A stretch of 64,000 bases of DNA from an uncultured Spirochaetota bacterium (lineage in GTDB: Bacteria > Spirochaetota > Spirochaetia > SZUA-6 > CAVTHK01). Below are positions 47,113 to 58,017 of this stretch, in pieces (the stretch's first letter is position 1; each line of letters starts with the position of its first letter). Both the position numbers and the translations under genes were made by a program. The notes under the pieces are model-generated. The model ran no database searches. It was not told where the DNA came from and saw only the letters and a program-made list of their open reading frames with translations. Location of the stretch: the NCBI GenBank assembly GCA_963734495.1, contig CAVTHK010000007.1, positions 128,001 through 192,000 of the forward strand, in the 5' to 3' direction.

Positions 47113-48018
47113 ATGGAGCCCTTCTTCGTCGTGAATCCCGTCTCGGGCGCGGGGCGGACCCACCGCCTCTGGCAGAGGATAGGCCGCGGTCTCCCCTTTG
47201 CCCTGACGCGCGGCCCGGGCCACGCGACGGAGCTGACCGCGGACGCCCTGGCGCGGGGCGCCGGACTGATCGTGGCGGTCGGAGGCGACGGCACGCTCAA
47301 CGAGACCCTGAACGGTTTTTTCGAGAACGGCCGGCCGCGGAGGCCGGACAGCGCGCTCGCGATGCTGCCCAGCGGCACCGGGGGCGATCTCGCGCGCACG
47401 CTCGGGCTCGCGCACGTGCCGGCGGAGCGGATGGTCGCCGGGCTGCGCAGGGGCAGGCTCGTGCGGCTCGATTGCGGCCTCGCGCGCTTTCGCGGAAAGA
47501 CCGGACCCGTCGAGCGCAGGTTCCTGAACGTCGCGAGCGCGGGTTTTTCCGCCCTGGTCGCCCAGAAGGTCAACACGAAGTCGAAGGTCTTCAGCGGCAA
47601 GCTCTCGTTCTTTTCCGCCGTGCTGAGCACCCTGGCCGCGCTCCGCAACGAAACCATGTCCATCCAGGTGGACGGAGCGACCCTCTACGAGGGCCCGGTG
47701 TTCTTCGCGGCGGTGGCCAACGGGCGATTCTTCGGCGGCAAGATGATGATCGCGCCTCATGCGGAGCCCGCGGACTCCCTCTTCGATGTCGTGCTGGTCA
47801 CCCGCTTTTCCCGGCTCGACGTCCTCCGTCACATCGGAAGGATCTACAAGGGCACGCACCTCTCGCTTCCGCAGGTCAAGTGGGGGCGCGGAAGACGCGT
47901 CGTCATCCGCTGTGCGGCCGAGGCGCCGCTCGAGATGGACGGCGAGCAGCCGGGCGCGCTCGACGCGAGCTTCGAGATTCAGCCCGGCGCGGTCCCCTTT
48001 CTCCTGCCCGCGACCTGA
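47113..48018 (+). CDS. Diacylglycerol/lipid kinase (YegS/DAGK) family
   Basis: VNPVSG, GGDGTLNE, PSGTGGD, NGRFFGG, EMDGE. Confidence 0.9.
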   Translation: MEPFFVVNPVSGAGRTHRLWQRIGRGLPFALTRGPGHATELTADALARGAGLIVAVGGDGTLNETLNGFFENGRPRRPDSALAMLPSGTGGDLARTLGLAHVPAERMVAGLRRGRLVRLDCGLARFRGKTGPVERRFLNVASAGFSALVAQKVNTKSKVFSGKLSFFSAVLSTLAALRNETMSIQVDGATLYEGPVFFAAVANGRFFGGKMMIAPHAEPADSLFDVVLVTRFSRLDVLRHIGRIYKGTHLSLPQVKWGRGRRVVIRCAAEAPLEMDGEQPGALDASFEIQPGAVPFLLPAT

Positions 48019-48140
48019 GCGCGCGCCTCCGAGCCGGCGGCGCATCGGCATCGACCTCGCTGTAACCTTTTCGCAGTGCCCTGCAGCCCGCCGTACCCGG
48101 CAGGTTGATAATGCCTGACTCGGGCGCTACCCTTGCCTGC

Positions 48141-51100
48141 ATGAGGAACCTCCTGTTGCGGGCGGGCATCGCGCTCTCGCTCACGCTGCCCTTGTTCGCC
48201 CAGTACGAGCCGCCTAACGGGACGGTGCGCATCGACGAGTTCGTCTCCCCGCTCCTGCTCTCCGGCGCCGGCGACGTGGCCACTTTCGAGCCGCCGGCGA
48301 GCGACGTCCTGAACCCCGCCACGTCGGGCGCCACCCAGCGGACGACCGTCGACCTTTCGTACGTCACGCTCGCCGGCCTCGGCGACGAGTCCGGCCTCGG
48401 CAGCGCGCTGAACGTCGGGCTCACGAAGCCGACCCGCGTCGGCGTGTTCAGCGGGAGCGCGAACTTCCGCGCCGCATCCTTTGCCGACGTGGACTGGGGC
48501 TCCCTCGCCTCGCTGAATCTCTCCTTCGCCAAGGACCTCTACCCCAACCTCCTGGTCGGCGTGGGCCTCGGCTTCACGTACGGCACGCAGACCAACGCGG
48601 ACTGGGCGCTCGGGCTCGATCTCGGGTTCCTCCACCTCGCCGGTGACGTGGGCCCGTTCCGCGACCTGAGGTGGGGCGTCGCGCTGCGCGACATCGGCAA
48701 AGGCTTCGAGCCCGATCCCAATCACGACCCGTACCCGGCGCCGTTCACGCCCGCCATCGGGGCGCAGGCCACGATCGTGCGCACAGACGGGTTCGCCCTC
48801 GGGGCGGGCACCGATCTGAGCTTTGCGGGCTTCCGCGACGTCGGCATGGCGGTCGGGCTCGAAGGCGCGATCCGCGACACGGTCTTCCTCCGCGCGAGCT
48901 ATCTCTTCGATTCGGCCGAGGCCCTGGGCGTTCTGCCTTCACCTTCGATCCCTCTGTCTTTCGGCGCCACCGTGAAGATCAAGACGGCGCTCAAGGAGAA
49001 CATCGACTTCCTCGACATCACCAAGCGCGGCTGGAACCGCAGCGAGGTGCGCATCAACCTTTCGGCGACGCCCATGCCCGGCGATGTCTGGGCCTTCGGC
49101 GTCGGGGTGAACATCCCGCTGGGCGTGGTCGACCGCAACCCGCCGAAGATCTCCCTCGGGGCTCCTCCCGAGGTCTACATCTCGCCCAACCAGGACGGCG
49201 TCCAGGACGATTTCGTGACGCCGCTCTCGATCCAGGACGAGCGCTACGTGCAGGGCTACCGCTTCGTGATCGACGATCCGGCGGGTCGCGCGGTGCGGAC
49301 CATCCTCAACAAGGACGAGCGGCCGGAGAACGTGACGTTCAAGAACATCCTCGCGAGGCTCTTCTACGTAAAGAGCGGCATCCCGGTCCCCGACACGCTG
49401 CGGTGGGACGGGCTCTCGGACCAGGCGCAGCTGGTGGCCGACGGCCGCTACAGCTACTACGTCGAAGCCTGGGACGACAACGGCAACCTGGGCAGGAGCG
49501 AGACCAAGACGATCGTGGTCGACAACACCCCCCCGACCGTCAAGGTCTCGGCACCGTACCTCATCTTCTCGCCCAACGGCGACGGCAACAAGGACACCCT
49601 CCCGGTGGAGCAGAGCGGCTCGCCCGAAGACCTCTGGAGCGGAACGGTGCGCGGCTCGGCAGGCGAGACCGTGGCGACGCGCGAGTGGAAACAGGGTCCG
49701 CCGCTTCCGTTCGAGTGGGACGGCCGCGCGTCCGCCGGCGCGCTGGCCCCTGACGGCGTCTACGCATATCACGTCGAGGCCACCGACCGCGCAGGCAACC
49801 GCGGGTCCGGCGACCTGCCCAACATCATCGTGAACACGCAGGCGACCCCGATCACGCTGTCCGTAGACGGCGCCTTCTTCTCGCCCAACGGCGACGGGAT
49901 CAAGGACACCATCGACCTCGCGCCCGGCGTCCCGGTCGTGAGCGGCATCGAGAGCTGGACGCTCCGCATCGAGGACGGCTCGGGCGCGGCGCGCAGGGTC
50001 TATTCAGGCGAAAAGCAGGCGCCCGGCACCATCCGCTTCGACGGCCGGGACTCTTCGGGCGCGACGCTCGCGGAGGGCGCCTACCGCGGCGTCCTCGAGC
50101 TGCGCTACGCCAGCGGCAACAGGCCCGTCGCCGCGTCGCCGGCATTCACCATCGACCTCACCGCGCCGACGGTCTCGGTCCGCGCAGACCTCGACGTCTT
50201 CTCGCCCAACGGCGACGGCAACAAGGACGTCGTGACGATCTACCAGGAAACCAGCGAGGAGGTCGGCTGGGCCGGCATCATCCGCGACGAGCGCGGCAAC
50301 GTCGTGGATCGCCTGTTCTGGCGAGGCCGGGCCGAAACGCCGGTGACGTGGGACGGCCGCGGCAGCGACGGCAGGCTTCTTCCCGATGGCCTCTACACCT
50401 ACATCCTGCAGACCACGGACCGCGCGGGCAACTCGGCGGCGTCGGCGCCCGTGAAGATCCGGATCGACACCGAGGAGACGCCGGTCATCCTCACCAGGGA
50501 CCTCGCGGCCTTTTCGCCGAACGGCGATGGGAGCCGGGACCGCGTCGCCATAGTCCCGCAGCTCCGCCGCGCGACCGACATCGATTCCTGGCAGCTGCGA
50601 ATCCTGGACGCCTCGGGCCGCGCCTTCCGCTCGATCGAGCGGAAGGGCGAGGCGCCGTCGCGCTTCGAGTGGGACGGCCGCACGGACGCGGGCGTACGCG
50701 CGGGCGACGGCGAGTACGTCGCCGAACTCACCGTGCTCTATGCCAACGGCAACAGGCCCGTGGCGCGGACCGCGCCGTTCGCCATCGACACGGTGTTCCC
50801 GCAGATCGAGCTGTCCGCTGACCGCCTGCTGTTCTCGCCCGACGGCGACGGCAGGGCCGACGTGGTGCGCATCACGCAGAAGTCCAGCACGGAGGCGCTC
50901 TGGGAAGGCGATATGCGGGCCGCCAACGGCGACGTCGTCCGCAGCTGGTTCTGGAAGGGTGTCGCGGGGAACTTCGCGTGGGACGGGAAGGACGAGAACG
51001 GGAACGCGGTCCCCGACGGCGCGTACACCTACACCGCCCGCAGCACCGACGCGGCGGGCAACAAGACGGAGCGCGGCATCCAGCGGATCGTGGTCGACAG

Positions 51101-52154
51101 CCGGCCTACGCCGGTCTTCGTGACCGCCGGCTCGAGCGGCTTCTCGCCGAACGGCGACGGGTTCCGCGACACGATCACCTTCAATCTTTACGTGAACCTG
51201 GCGCAGGGCATCGAAGGCTGGCAGCTCGCGCTGTCGCAACCCGGCGGAAACCCGGTCAAGACGTTCAGCGGGACGTCGACCGTCCCCGCCCAGGTGACCT
51301 GGGACGGCAAGGGCGCGCCCGAGGGGCTCTACAGCGCGAAGTTCACCGTCCAGTATCTCAAGGGCAACCAACCGGAGGCGAGCACCGCGCCCTTCCGGCT
51401 CGACGTGTCGCCGCCCAGGGCTGCGATCACCGTGAGCCCGAGGCCGTTCTCGCCCGACAACGATGGAGTGGACGACGAAGTCAAGCTGGGCCTGGACGTC
51501 GATGATCCCTCGGGGATCCAGGCCTGGGCCCTCGAGATCCTGGACCCGACGGGAAAGGTCTTCCGGAAGTATTCGGGGACGGGCAAGCCGGCGCCGCAGA
51601 TCATCTGGGACGGCCTGTCGCCGGGCGGAGAGCTCGTGCAGGCTGCCGAGGACTACCCGGTGAGGCTGGCCGTGTCAGACGGCCTCGGCAACACGACCAC
51701 CGTCCAGTCCGTGATCCCGGTGGACGTCCTGGTCATCCGCGAAGGCGACAAGCTCAAGATCCGCATCTCGAGCATCACGTTCGAGGCCAACACCGCGAAC
51801 TACCTCACGGTCGAGCCGGACAAGGTCGAGAAGAACCTGAGGACCCTCAAGAGGCTCGCGGAGATCTTCGAGAAATACAAGACTTACGACGTGCGGATCG
51901 AGGGCCACGCGGTCAACCTGAGCTGGGCGGACCCCGTCGCGGCCGAGCGCGAGGAAAAGGATGAGCTGGCGCCTCTCTCGCTGGCCCGCGCCGAGGCGGT
52001 CAAGGCCGCGCTCGTGGACCTCGGGATGGACCCGAAGCGGATCACGACCGCCGGGCTGGGGGGCCGCTTCCCGGTCGTGCCCCACGGCGACCTCGAGAAC
52101 CGATGGAAGAGCCGGCGCGTCGAGTTCGTGCTGGTGCGTCCGGACCGGCGATGA
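48141..52154 (+). CDS. PorV/FadL-like N-terminal barrel + 8 FlgD-Ig/CHU_C-like repeats + OmpA_C domain
   Basis: Signal peptide; LNPA hatch-like motif; eight (F/I)SP(N/D)xDGxxD...(W/F)DG repeats; IEGH...LSLARAEAVK...RRVEF. Confidence 0.8.
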   Translation: MRNLLLRAGIALSLTLPLFAQYEPPNGTVRIDEFVSPLLLSGAGDVATFEPPASDVLNPATSGATQRTTVDLSYVTLAGLGDESGLGSALNVGLTKPTRVGVFSGSANFRAASFADVDWGSLASLNLSFAKDLYPNLLVGVGLGFTYGTQTNADWALGLDLGFLHLAGDVGPFRDLRWGVALRDIGKGFEPDPNHDPYPAPFTPAIGAQATIVRTDGFALGAGTDLSFAGFRDVGMAVGLEGAIRDTVFLRASYLFDSAEALGVLPSPSIPLSFGATVKIKTALKENIDFLDITKRGWNRSEVRINLSATPMPGDVWAFGVGVNIPLGVVDRNPPKISLGAPPEVYISPNQDGVQDDFVTPLSIQDERYVQGYRFVIDDPAGRAVRTILNKDERPENVTFKNILARLFYVKSGIPVPDTLRWDGLSDQAQLVADGRYSYYVEAWDDNGNLGRSETKTIVVDNTPPTVKVSAPYLIFSPNGDGNKDTLPVEQSGSPEDLWSGTVRGSAGETVATREWKQGPPLPFEWDGRASAGALAPDGVYAYHVEATDRAGNRGSGDLPNIIVNTQATPITLSVDGAFFSPNGDGIKDTIDLAPGVPVVSGIESWTLRIEDGSGAARRVYSGEKQAPGTIRFDGRDSSGATLAEGAYRGVLELRYASGNRPVAASPAFTIDLTAPTVSVRADLDVFSPNGDGNKDVVTIYQETSEEVGWAGIIRDERGNVVDRLFWRGRAETPVTWDGRGSDGRLLPDGLYTYILQTTDRAGNSAASAPVKIRIDTEETPVILTRDLAAFSPNGDGSRDRVAIVPQLRRATDIDSWQLRILDASGRAFRSIERKGEAPSRFEWDGRTDAGVRAGDGEYVAELTVLYANGNRPVARTAPFAIDTVFPQIELSADRLLFSPDGDGRADVVRITQKSSTEALWEGDMRAANGDVVRSWFWKGVAGNFAWDGKDENGNAVPDGAYTYTARSTDAAGNKTERGIQRIVVDSRPTPVFVTAGSSGFSPNGDGFRDTITFNLYVNLAQGIEGWQLALSQPGGNPVKTFSGTSTVPAQVTWDGKGAPEGLYSAKFTVQYLKGNQPEASTAPFRLDVSPPRAAITVSPRPFSPDNDGVDDEVKLGLDVDDPSGIQAWALEILDPTGKVFRKYSGTGKPAPQIIWDGLSPGGELVQAAEDYPVRLAVSDGLGNTTTVQSVIPVDVLVIREGDKLKIRISSITFEANTANYLTVEPDKVEKNLRTLKRLAEIFEKYKTYDVRIEGHAVNLSWADPVAAEREEKDELAPLSLARAEAVKAALVDLGMDPKRITTAGLGGRFPVVPHGDLENRWKSRRVEFVLVRPDRR

Positions 52155-52272
52155 CCGGCTGCGCCCTGCCCGGCGGCGGGGCGCGGTCCGCCCGGCACCG
52201 AGGTGCCGTCAGAGCTTGACGGGGAACCCGTAGCTCACGCCGAAATCGTCAACCTTGCCCGCCGCCCCGAAG

Positions 52273-53355
52273 TCAGACGATCTCCAGGGCATCGCGGGGA
52301 GGCAGCGCCGGGAAGGGCGCGGCCGGCAGCGTCTGGTACCAGAACGCCACCGAGGAGATGTCGTCCTGCAGCGGCAGGTAGCGCCTCCCGCTGCGCCAGC
52401 CCAGCGCCTGGATCGTGACGCGCAGGTCACGCTCGAAGCGGATCGGGTCGACGACGTGCCAGCGGTAGAGGCTGAAGCGCTGCTGCGAGCGGTAGAGGCC
52501 GTCTGGCCTCTGCACCTGCGACAGCCCGGAGTACGGCGTGGTGAACTCGCGGTATCCGCCCTGGTCGGCCCCGACGTCGAAGTTGTAGGCGCCGCAGAAG
52601 TAGTCCTCGGTGCCCGTGCCGCAGATCGTCGGGAACTCGCCGTCGCCGTCCATGTGGAACTTGATCTCGCCTTCGCCCCACCAGCCCGAGTTGTTGACGC
52701 CCCATGCCATCGCCGTCCCGACGTAGTGCCCGCGCCCTCGCACGCCGTCGACGATGGTGTAGACGTCCTTGTACGGAAGCGGGTTCGCCCTCCGGAACTG
52801 CGCGTGGAAGTACGCGCAGTCTTCGGGCACCTCGGTGAGCGTGTAGTCGACCTGGTAGTAGAGCGTCGTCTCCTCCTGGCCGATGTTGGTCATGGTGACG
52901 CGGGCGCCCTTGCGGAACGGCATCTCCCAGTATGAATTGAAGGCGCGCGCCGGGTTGACGCAGACCGCGAGCGAGGAGATCTGCGCGTACGAGCCCCAGC
53001 CGCACGCAAAGAAATCTCCCACCGGGCACTCCACCGAAGGCTGCCGCAGCCCGTCCCAGTAAACACGGAGGATGTTCTCGCGCCAGACGCCCTTCATCGT
53101 CATCCAGAGATGCTGGAGCGCGCCCGAGCCTTCGATGGCCGCAAGCGTGAAAGTCTCGCCGGGCTTGATGCGGACCGACGGCGAGATCTTCCAGCCGCGC
53201 CCGAGGTCGCGAGCGCAGGCGGCGCCGGTGCCCTCGGTCGCCATCCCGCCCCCGCCCTTCTCGCCCGTGAAGTTCTCGGGGCTGATCGAGCGGCTCTTCG
53301 CTGCCGAGAGCCGGCTCAGGTTGCCCATGTGCATGCCGAGACCGTCGAAAGACAC
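52273..53355 (-). CDS. DUF2961 / glycoside hydrolase family 172 protein
   Basis: [60 protein letters not shown]. Confidence 0.88.
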   Translation of the reverse strand: MSFDGLGMHMGNLSRLSAAKSRSISPENFTGEKGGGGMATEGTGAACARDLGRGWKISPSVRIKPGETFTLAAIEGSGALQHLWMTMKGVWRENILRVYWDGLRQPSVECPVGDFFACGWGSYAQISSLAVCVNPARAFNSYWEMPFRKGARVTMTNIGQEETTLYYQVDYTLTEVPEDCAYFHAQFRRANPLPYKDVYTIVDGVRGRGHYVGTAMAWGVNNSGWWGEGEIKFHMDGDGEFPTICGTGTEDYFCGAYNFDVGADQGGYREFTTPYSGLSQVQRPDGLYRSQQRFSLYRWHVVDPIRFERDLRVTIQALGWRSGRRYLPLQDDISSVAFWYQTLPAAPFPALPPRDALEIV

Positions 53356-53416
53356 AACGACCTCCTTGCGCGCTCGAGGCGGTGCCGACCGCTTCTGCCG
53401 CGCCCGTGCGCGTCGA

Positions 53417-55211
53417 CTACGCTCTGGCGGCCTTGAGGCGCTTGTCGAGCGCGTCGAGCTCGTCGAGCCAGCTCTTTGGGGAGCTTGGCGCCGAAGGTGG
53501 CGAAATGCTCGCGGATCGAAGGCACCTCGTCCCTCCAGCCCCTTACGTCGACGCGCAGGATCTCTTCGACGTTTGCGCGGGGGATGTCCAGCCCCTTCAG
53601 GTCGAGAGCGTCCGCGGTCGGGAGGTTGCCGATCGGGGTCTCCACGGCCTTGCCGCGGCCGGCCACCCGATCGAAGATCCAGGCGAGCACGCGGCTGTTC
53701 TCGCCGTACCCCGGCCAGAGGAACTTGCCCTCGGCGCTCTTGCGGAACCAGTTGACGTAGTAGATCCGCGGCAGCTTCGCGCCGGCGCGCTCTCCGATCC
53801 GCAGCCAGTGCGCGAAGTAGTCGCCCATGTGGTAGCCGCAGAACGGGAGCATCGCAAACGGGTCGCGGCGCAGCTCGCCCACCTTGCCGGCCGCGGCGGC
53901 CGTCTTCTCGCTCGCCATGATGGAGCCGAGGAAGGTCCCGTGCCTCCAGTTGAACGCTTCGGTGACCAGGGGGACGACGCCCGCGCGGCGCCCGCCAAAG
54001 AGGAACGCGCTGATCGGCACGCCCTTCGGGTCCTCCCACTCCTTCGCGATGACGGGGCACTGGCGGGCGGGAGTCGTGAAGCGCGCGTTGGGGTTTGCGG
54101 CCTTGCGGCCGCAGCCGGGCTGCCAGGGCCGGCGCAGCCAGTCGACGAGCTGCGGCGGCTCTTCCCGCGTCATCTCCTCCCACCAGACGTCGTAGTCCGG
54201 CGTGATGGCGCAGTTGGTGAAGATCGAGTTCCTGGCGACCGTGAGCAACGCGTTCGGGTTGGACTGCATGCTCGTTCCCGGGGCGACGCCGAAGAAGCCC
54301 GCCTCCGGGTTGATCGCGTGGAGCTGGCCGTCGGCGCCGAACTTCATCCAGGCGATGTCGTCGCCGATCGTCTCGACCTTCCAGCCGTCGATCGTCGGGT
54401 TCATCATGGCGAGGTTGGTCTTGCCGCAGGCCGATGGGAACGCCGCGCTGATGTACTTGACCTCTCCCGCGGGGCTCGTGAGCTTCAGGATCAGCATGTG
54501 CTCGGCGAGCCAGCCTTCGTCGCGGGCCTGCACGCTCGCGATGCGCAGCGAGTGGCACTTCTTGCCGAGCAGCGCGTTGCCGCCGTAGCCGGATCCGTAC
54601 GACCAGATCTCGCGGGTCTCGGGGTAATGCGTGATGTACTTGTTCTTCGGATCGCAGGGCCAGGGCGAGTCGTCGCCGGCGCCGTCGAGCGGCGCGCCGA
54701 CGGAGTGGAGGGCGCGCACGAACTCGCCGTCCGAGCCGAGCACTTCGAGCACCCTGGTTCCTACGCGCGTCATGATGTGCATGTTCGCCACGACGTACGG
54801 GCTGTCGCTGATCTCGACGCCGACGTTGGCGATCGGCGAGCCGACGGGGCCCATGCTGTACGGGATCACGAACATCGTCCGGCCCTTCATGCAGCCGGAG
54901 TACAGCTTGCGCAGGTTCGCCTTCATCTCCTCGGGATCCGCCCAGTTGTTGGTGGGGCCCGCGTCATCCTTGTTCTTCGAGCAGATGAACGTGCGGTCCT
55001 CGACCCGCGCTACGTCGCCCGTGTCGGAGCGGACGAAGATGCTGTTGGGCCGTTTCTTCTGGTCGAGCCAGATGGCCGTGCCCGCCTGCACCATGAGATT
55101 CAGCATGCTCTGGTACTCCTGCGGGGAGCCGTCGCACCAGTGGATGCGGTCTGGCTGGCACATGGCCGCCACTTCCTTGACCCATTCCTGAAGACCTTTG
55201 TGCGTCGCCAT
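53417..55211 (-). CDS. pckG: GTP-dependent phosphoenolpyruvate carboxykinase (indel near 53469; corrected stop at 53417)
   Basis: [53 protein letters not shown]. Confidence 0.95.
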
Positions 55212-55454
55212 CTATCCTTCCTTGACTTGGCGTGTCGGCCGCGGACGTGGGTGCGCGTCCGGTCGCCTGAGGCGCGGCCGCAGGCATGTTCTGACGCACG
55301 CGCAACTTACACCGGACCGCGACGGCGAGGCAAGGGACAGCGACGCCACGCCCGGGCCCGCGCAGCCCGGGGAGGTCCCGGGCCCCGAAGGCCGCGGCCG
55401 ACAAAGCACGAGCGGCCTTGAACCTGTGGTGCCACGAGGCCTAAGATCGCGACC

Positions 55455-56195
55455 ATGTTCGAATTCGGGCCATGGGCCTGGGTCGTGGTCGTCATCGGAA
55501 GCTTCTCGATCGGCCTTGGAAAGACCGGGATCCCCAGCATCAACCTGTTCTTCGTGCCTGTGATGGCCCAGCTTCTTCCGCCCAAGATGTCCACCGGCTT
55601 CCTGCTGCCGATGCTCATCGTCGCGGACTTCTTCGCCATCGCCTACTACCGCCGGCACGCCGACTGGCGATACCTCGCGCGGTTTCTGCCCGCCGCGATC
55701 GTCGGCGTGCTGATCGGCTTCGCGGGGCTGAGCCTGGTGAGCGACAGCGCGCTGCGTCCGGTGATCGGAGGCATCGTGCTGCTGATGCTCGCGATCCAGG
55801 CGTGGCGCGACTTCCGGCACGGGGGCGACATCCCCGTCCCGCGCACCCCGTGGTTCTCGATCGTCATGGGCCTCATCGCGGGGATCACGACCATGATGGC
55901 CAACGCGGCGGGCCCCGTGATGGCGATCTACCTCCTCACGATGCGGCTCCCCAAGGAGCGCTACATGGGGACCGGCGCGTGGTACTTCTTCATCATCAAT
56001 CTGATCAAGGTGCCTCTCAGCGCCTCGCTCGGCCTGATCACATGGGAGACGCTCCGCGTCAACGCGCTTCTGGTTCCGGCGATCGTCCTGGGCGCGCTCC
56101 TGGGCGTCCGGCTCCTCAAGGTCCTGCCGCAGAAGGCCTTCCGCGTGGTCGTCCAGGTGGTCGCCGCGGCGAGCGCGATCAGGCTGATCGTGTGA
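55455..56195 (+). CDS. Sulfite exporter TauE/SafE (TSUP) family membrane protein
   Basis: GLGKTG, LPMLIVAD, TTMMANAAGP; about 8 TM segments. Confidence 0.85.
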   Translation: MFEFGPWAWVVVVIGSFSIGLGKTGIPSINLFFVPVMAQLLPPKMSTGFLLPMLIVADFFAIAYYRRHADWRYLARFLPAAIVGVLIGFAGLSLVSDSALRPVIGGIVLLMLAIQAWRDFRHGGDIPVPRTPWFSIVMGLIAGITTMMANAAGPVMAIYLLTMRLPKERYMGTGAWYFFIINLIKVPLSASLGLITWETLRVNALLVPAIVLGALLGVRLLKVLPQKAFRVVVQVVAAASAIRLIV

Positions 56196-56234
56196 GGCGG
56201 GCGCGTTGACGGACGCGGGCCGGGGCGGGCGCCG

Positions 56235-56775
56235 CTACTTGACGATGCGCAGGATCGCCTTGAAGCGCTCGCCCTCCGCGACGCGCACGAGCTCGTAGAG
56301 CGCCATCTCGACTCCCGTGACCGCGATGCCGAGGTCGCGGATGCGTGCGAGCGCGAGGTCCCTGTTCTCGGCCGTGCGGGATGAGACCGCGTCGGAGACG
56401 ACGTGCACCTCGTAGCCCCGGGCTGAAAGATCCATGGCCGTCTGGTAGACGCAGATGTGCGCCTCGATCCCGGCGAGCAGGACCTGGCGCCTGCCGGAGG
56501 CCTCGAGGCGGGCCATGAACTCGCCGCTGTCGCAGCAGCTGAAGCACATCTTCGCGATCGGGGCGAGACCCTCGAGCGCCGCGGCGACCGGCGCCACCGT
56601 GGCGCCGAGCCGCTGCGGGTTCTGCTCGAGCCAGAGCACCGGAAGGTCGAGCGCCCGGGCACCGCGCGCGAGGCGCTGCAGCCCGTCGAAGAGGCGTTCG
56701 CGCTCGTGCATGACCGCGGCGAGCTTGTCCTGGACGTCGACGACCACGAGCACCGCATCGTCTGCTTCTGAGCAC
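56235..56775 (-). CDS. Isochorismatase/YcaC-like hydrolase (indel just after the GTG start)
   Basis: LVVVDVQDKL, EQNP, KMCFSC, GIEAHICVYQT; GGAGG RBS before GTG at 56775, one base out of frame. Confidence 0.85.
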
Positions 56776-56860
56776 GCGGGAGCCTCCCGTACCAGTCGGT
56801 TGCCGCGCAAGCGGAAGCGGTAATATAGTACACCGACTCTTCGGTGAACAAGGATCGCCT

Positions 56861-57303
56861 TTGACGGACAGAGCTCACTCCCTCGAGGCCTGGCAGGGCG
56901 GAACGCCTCGCGTTCGCGAGCGCCGGCAGGTGGCTCCACCCCCTGCTGGAGCTGGAACGATTCCTCCTCGCATCGCCGATCGACCCGGCCACGCTGGTGC
57001 TTCACGACAAGATCGTCGGGCAGGGCCGCGGCCCTGCTGATCATAAGGCTGCGGATCCCGGAGGTGCGCGCCGGTCTCCTCAGCCGTCTGGGCGAGCGCG
57101 CGCTGCAGACTGCGGGCGTGCGCTACAGCTTCGCCGAGCTCGACGGACCGCATCGACTGCCAGACCGAGGGGATCCTCGAGAACGTCGACGACCCGGAGG
57201 AGGCGCACGCATCGTGGTCGAGCGGGCCCGTGAGGCGGACGCGAGAGCGCGCGCGGCCGCGGAGGCCCCCGCCTCGCGCGCCGCCGGCCCGGGCGCGGCC
57301 TGA
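56861..57303 (+). CDS. DUF1893-like protein, fragmented by about 4 indels
   Basis: Stitched reading: GRWLHPLLELE...LHDKIVGRAAALL...AGLLSRLG...YSFAEL...IDCQTE...DDPEEA; AAGGA RBS. Confidence 0.65.
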
Positions 57304-58017
57304 TGAAGCTGGGCGCCCCGCGCGGGCCGCGGCCGGGCCTCTCTTCGGAGCTTGCCGTCGAGATGCGAGCGGCCACCGTGCTGCGGGCCGGGCGCCGCGT
57401 CCTCGGCCCGGTCGACCTGACCGGTGCTGCGCGGAGAGCGCCTCCTCGTGGCGGGGCCGAACGGTGCGGGCAAGACCACGCTCCTGCAGGCGCTCCTCGG
57501 CCTGCTTGTCCCTTCGTCGGGGGCGATCAGCGTCCTCGGGATGGCGGTCGGCTCGGCCGAGTGGCGCAGGGAGCGGCGGCGCGTCGGCTACGTGAACCAG
57601 GAATCCGTTCAGACGACCCTCCCGATCACGGCGCGCGAAGTCGTCGAGATCGGGCTGTGCGCCGCGCCGCCCGGCGGGGCCGAGAAACGGCAGCGGATCC
57701 TCCGCTCCATGGAGCGCGCCGGCTGCGCGCCGCTCGCGCCGCGCTCGTTTCGCGAGCTGTCCGGGGGCGAGAAGCAGAGGGTCTCCCTCGCCCGGTGCCT
57801 GGCCCAGGACCCGGAGCTCGTGCTGCTCGACGAGCCGGCCGCGTCTCTCGATCCCGCTGCCAAGGACGACCTCCTGCGGCTGCTCGAGCGGCTGAACGAG
57901 GAATGGGGGCTGACGGTCCTGATGGCCACGCACGAAGCCGCTCATCTCGAAGAGAGCGCGTGGCCGGTGCTCAGGCTCTCCGACGGGCGCGTCGAGGCGA
58001 GGAGCCTGCGCACGTGA
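57303..58017 (+). CDS. Metal (Zn/Mn) ABC transporter ATPase (indel near 57421)
   Basis: GPNGAGKTT, GYVNQ, LSGGEKQR, LLDEP. Confidence 0.85.
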
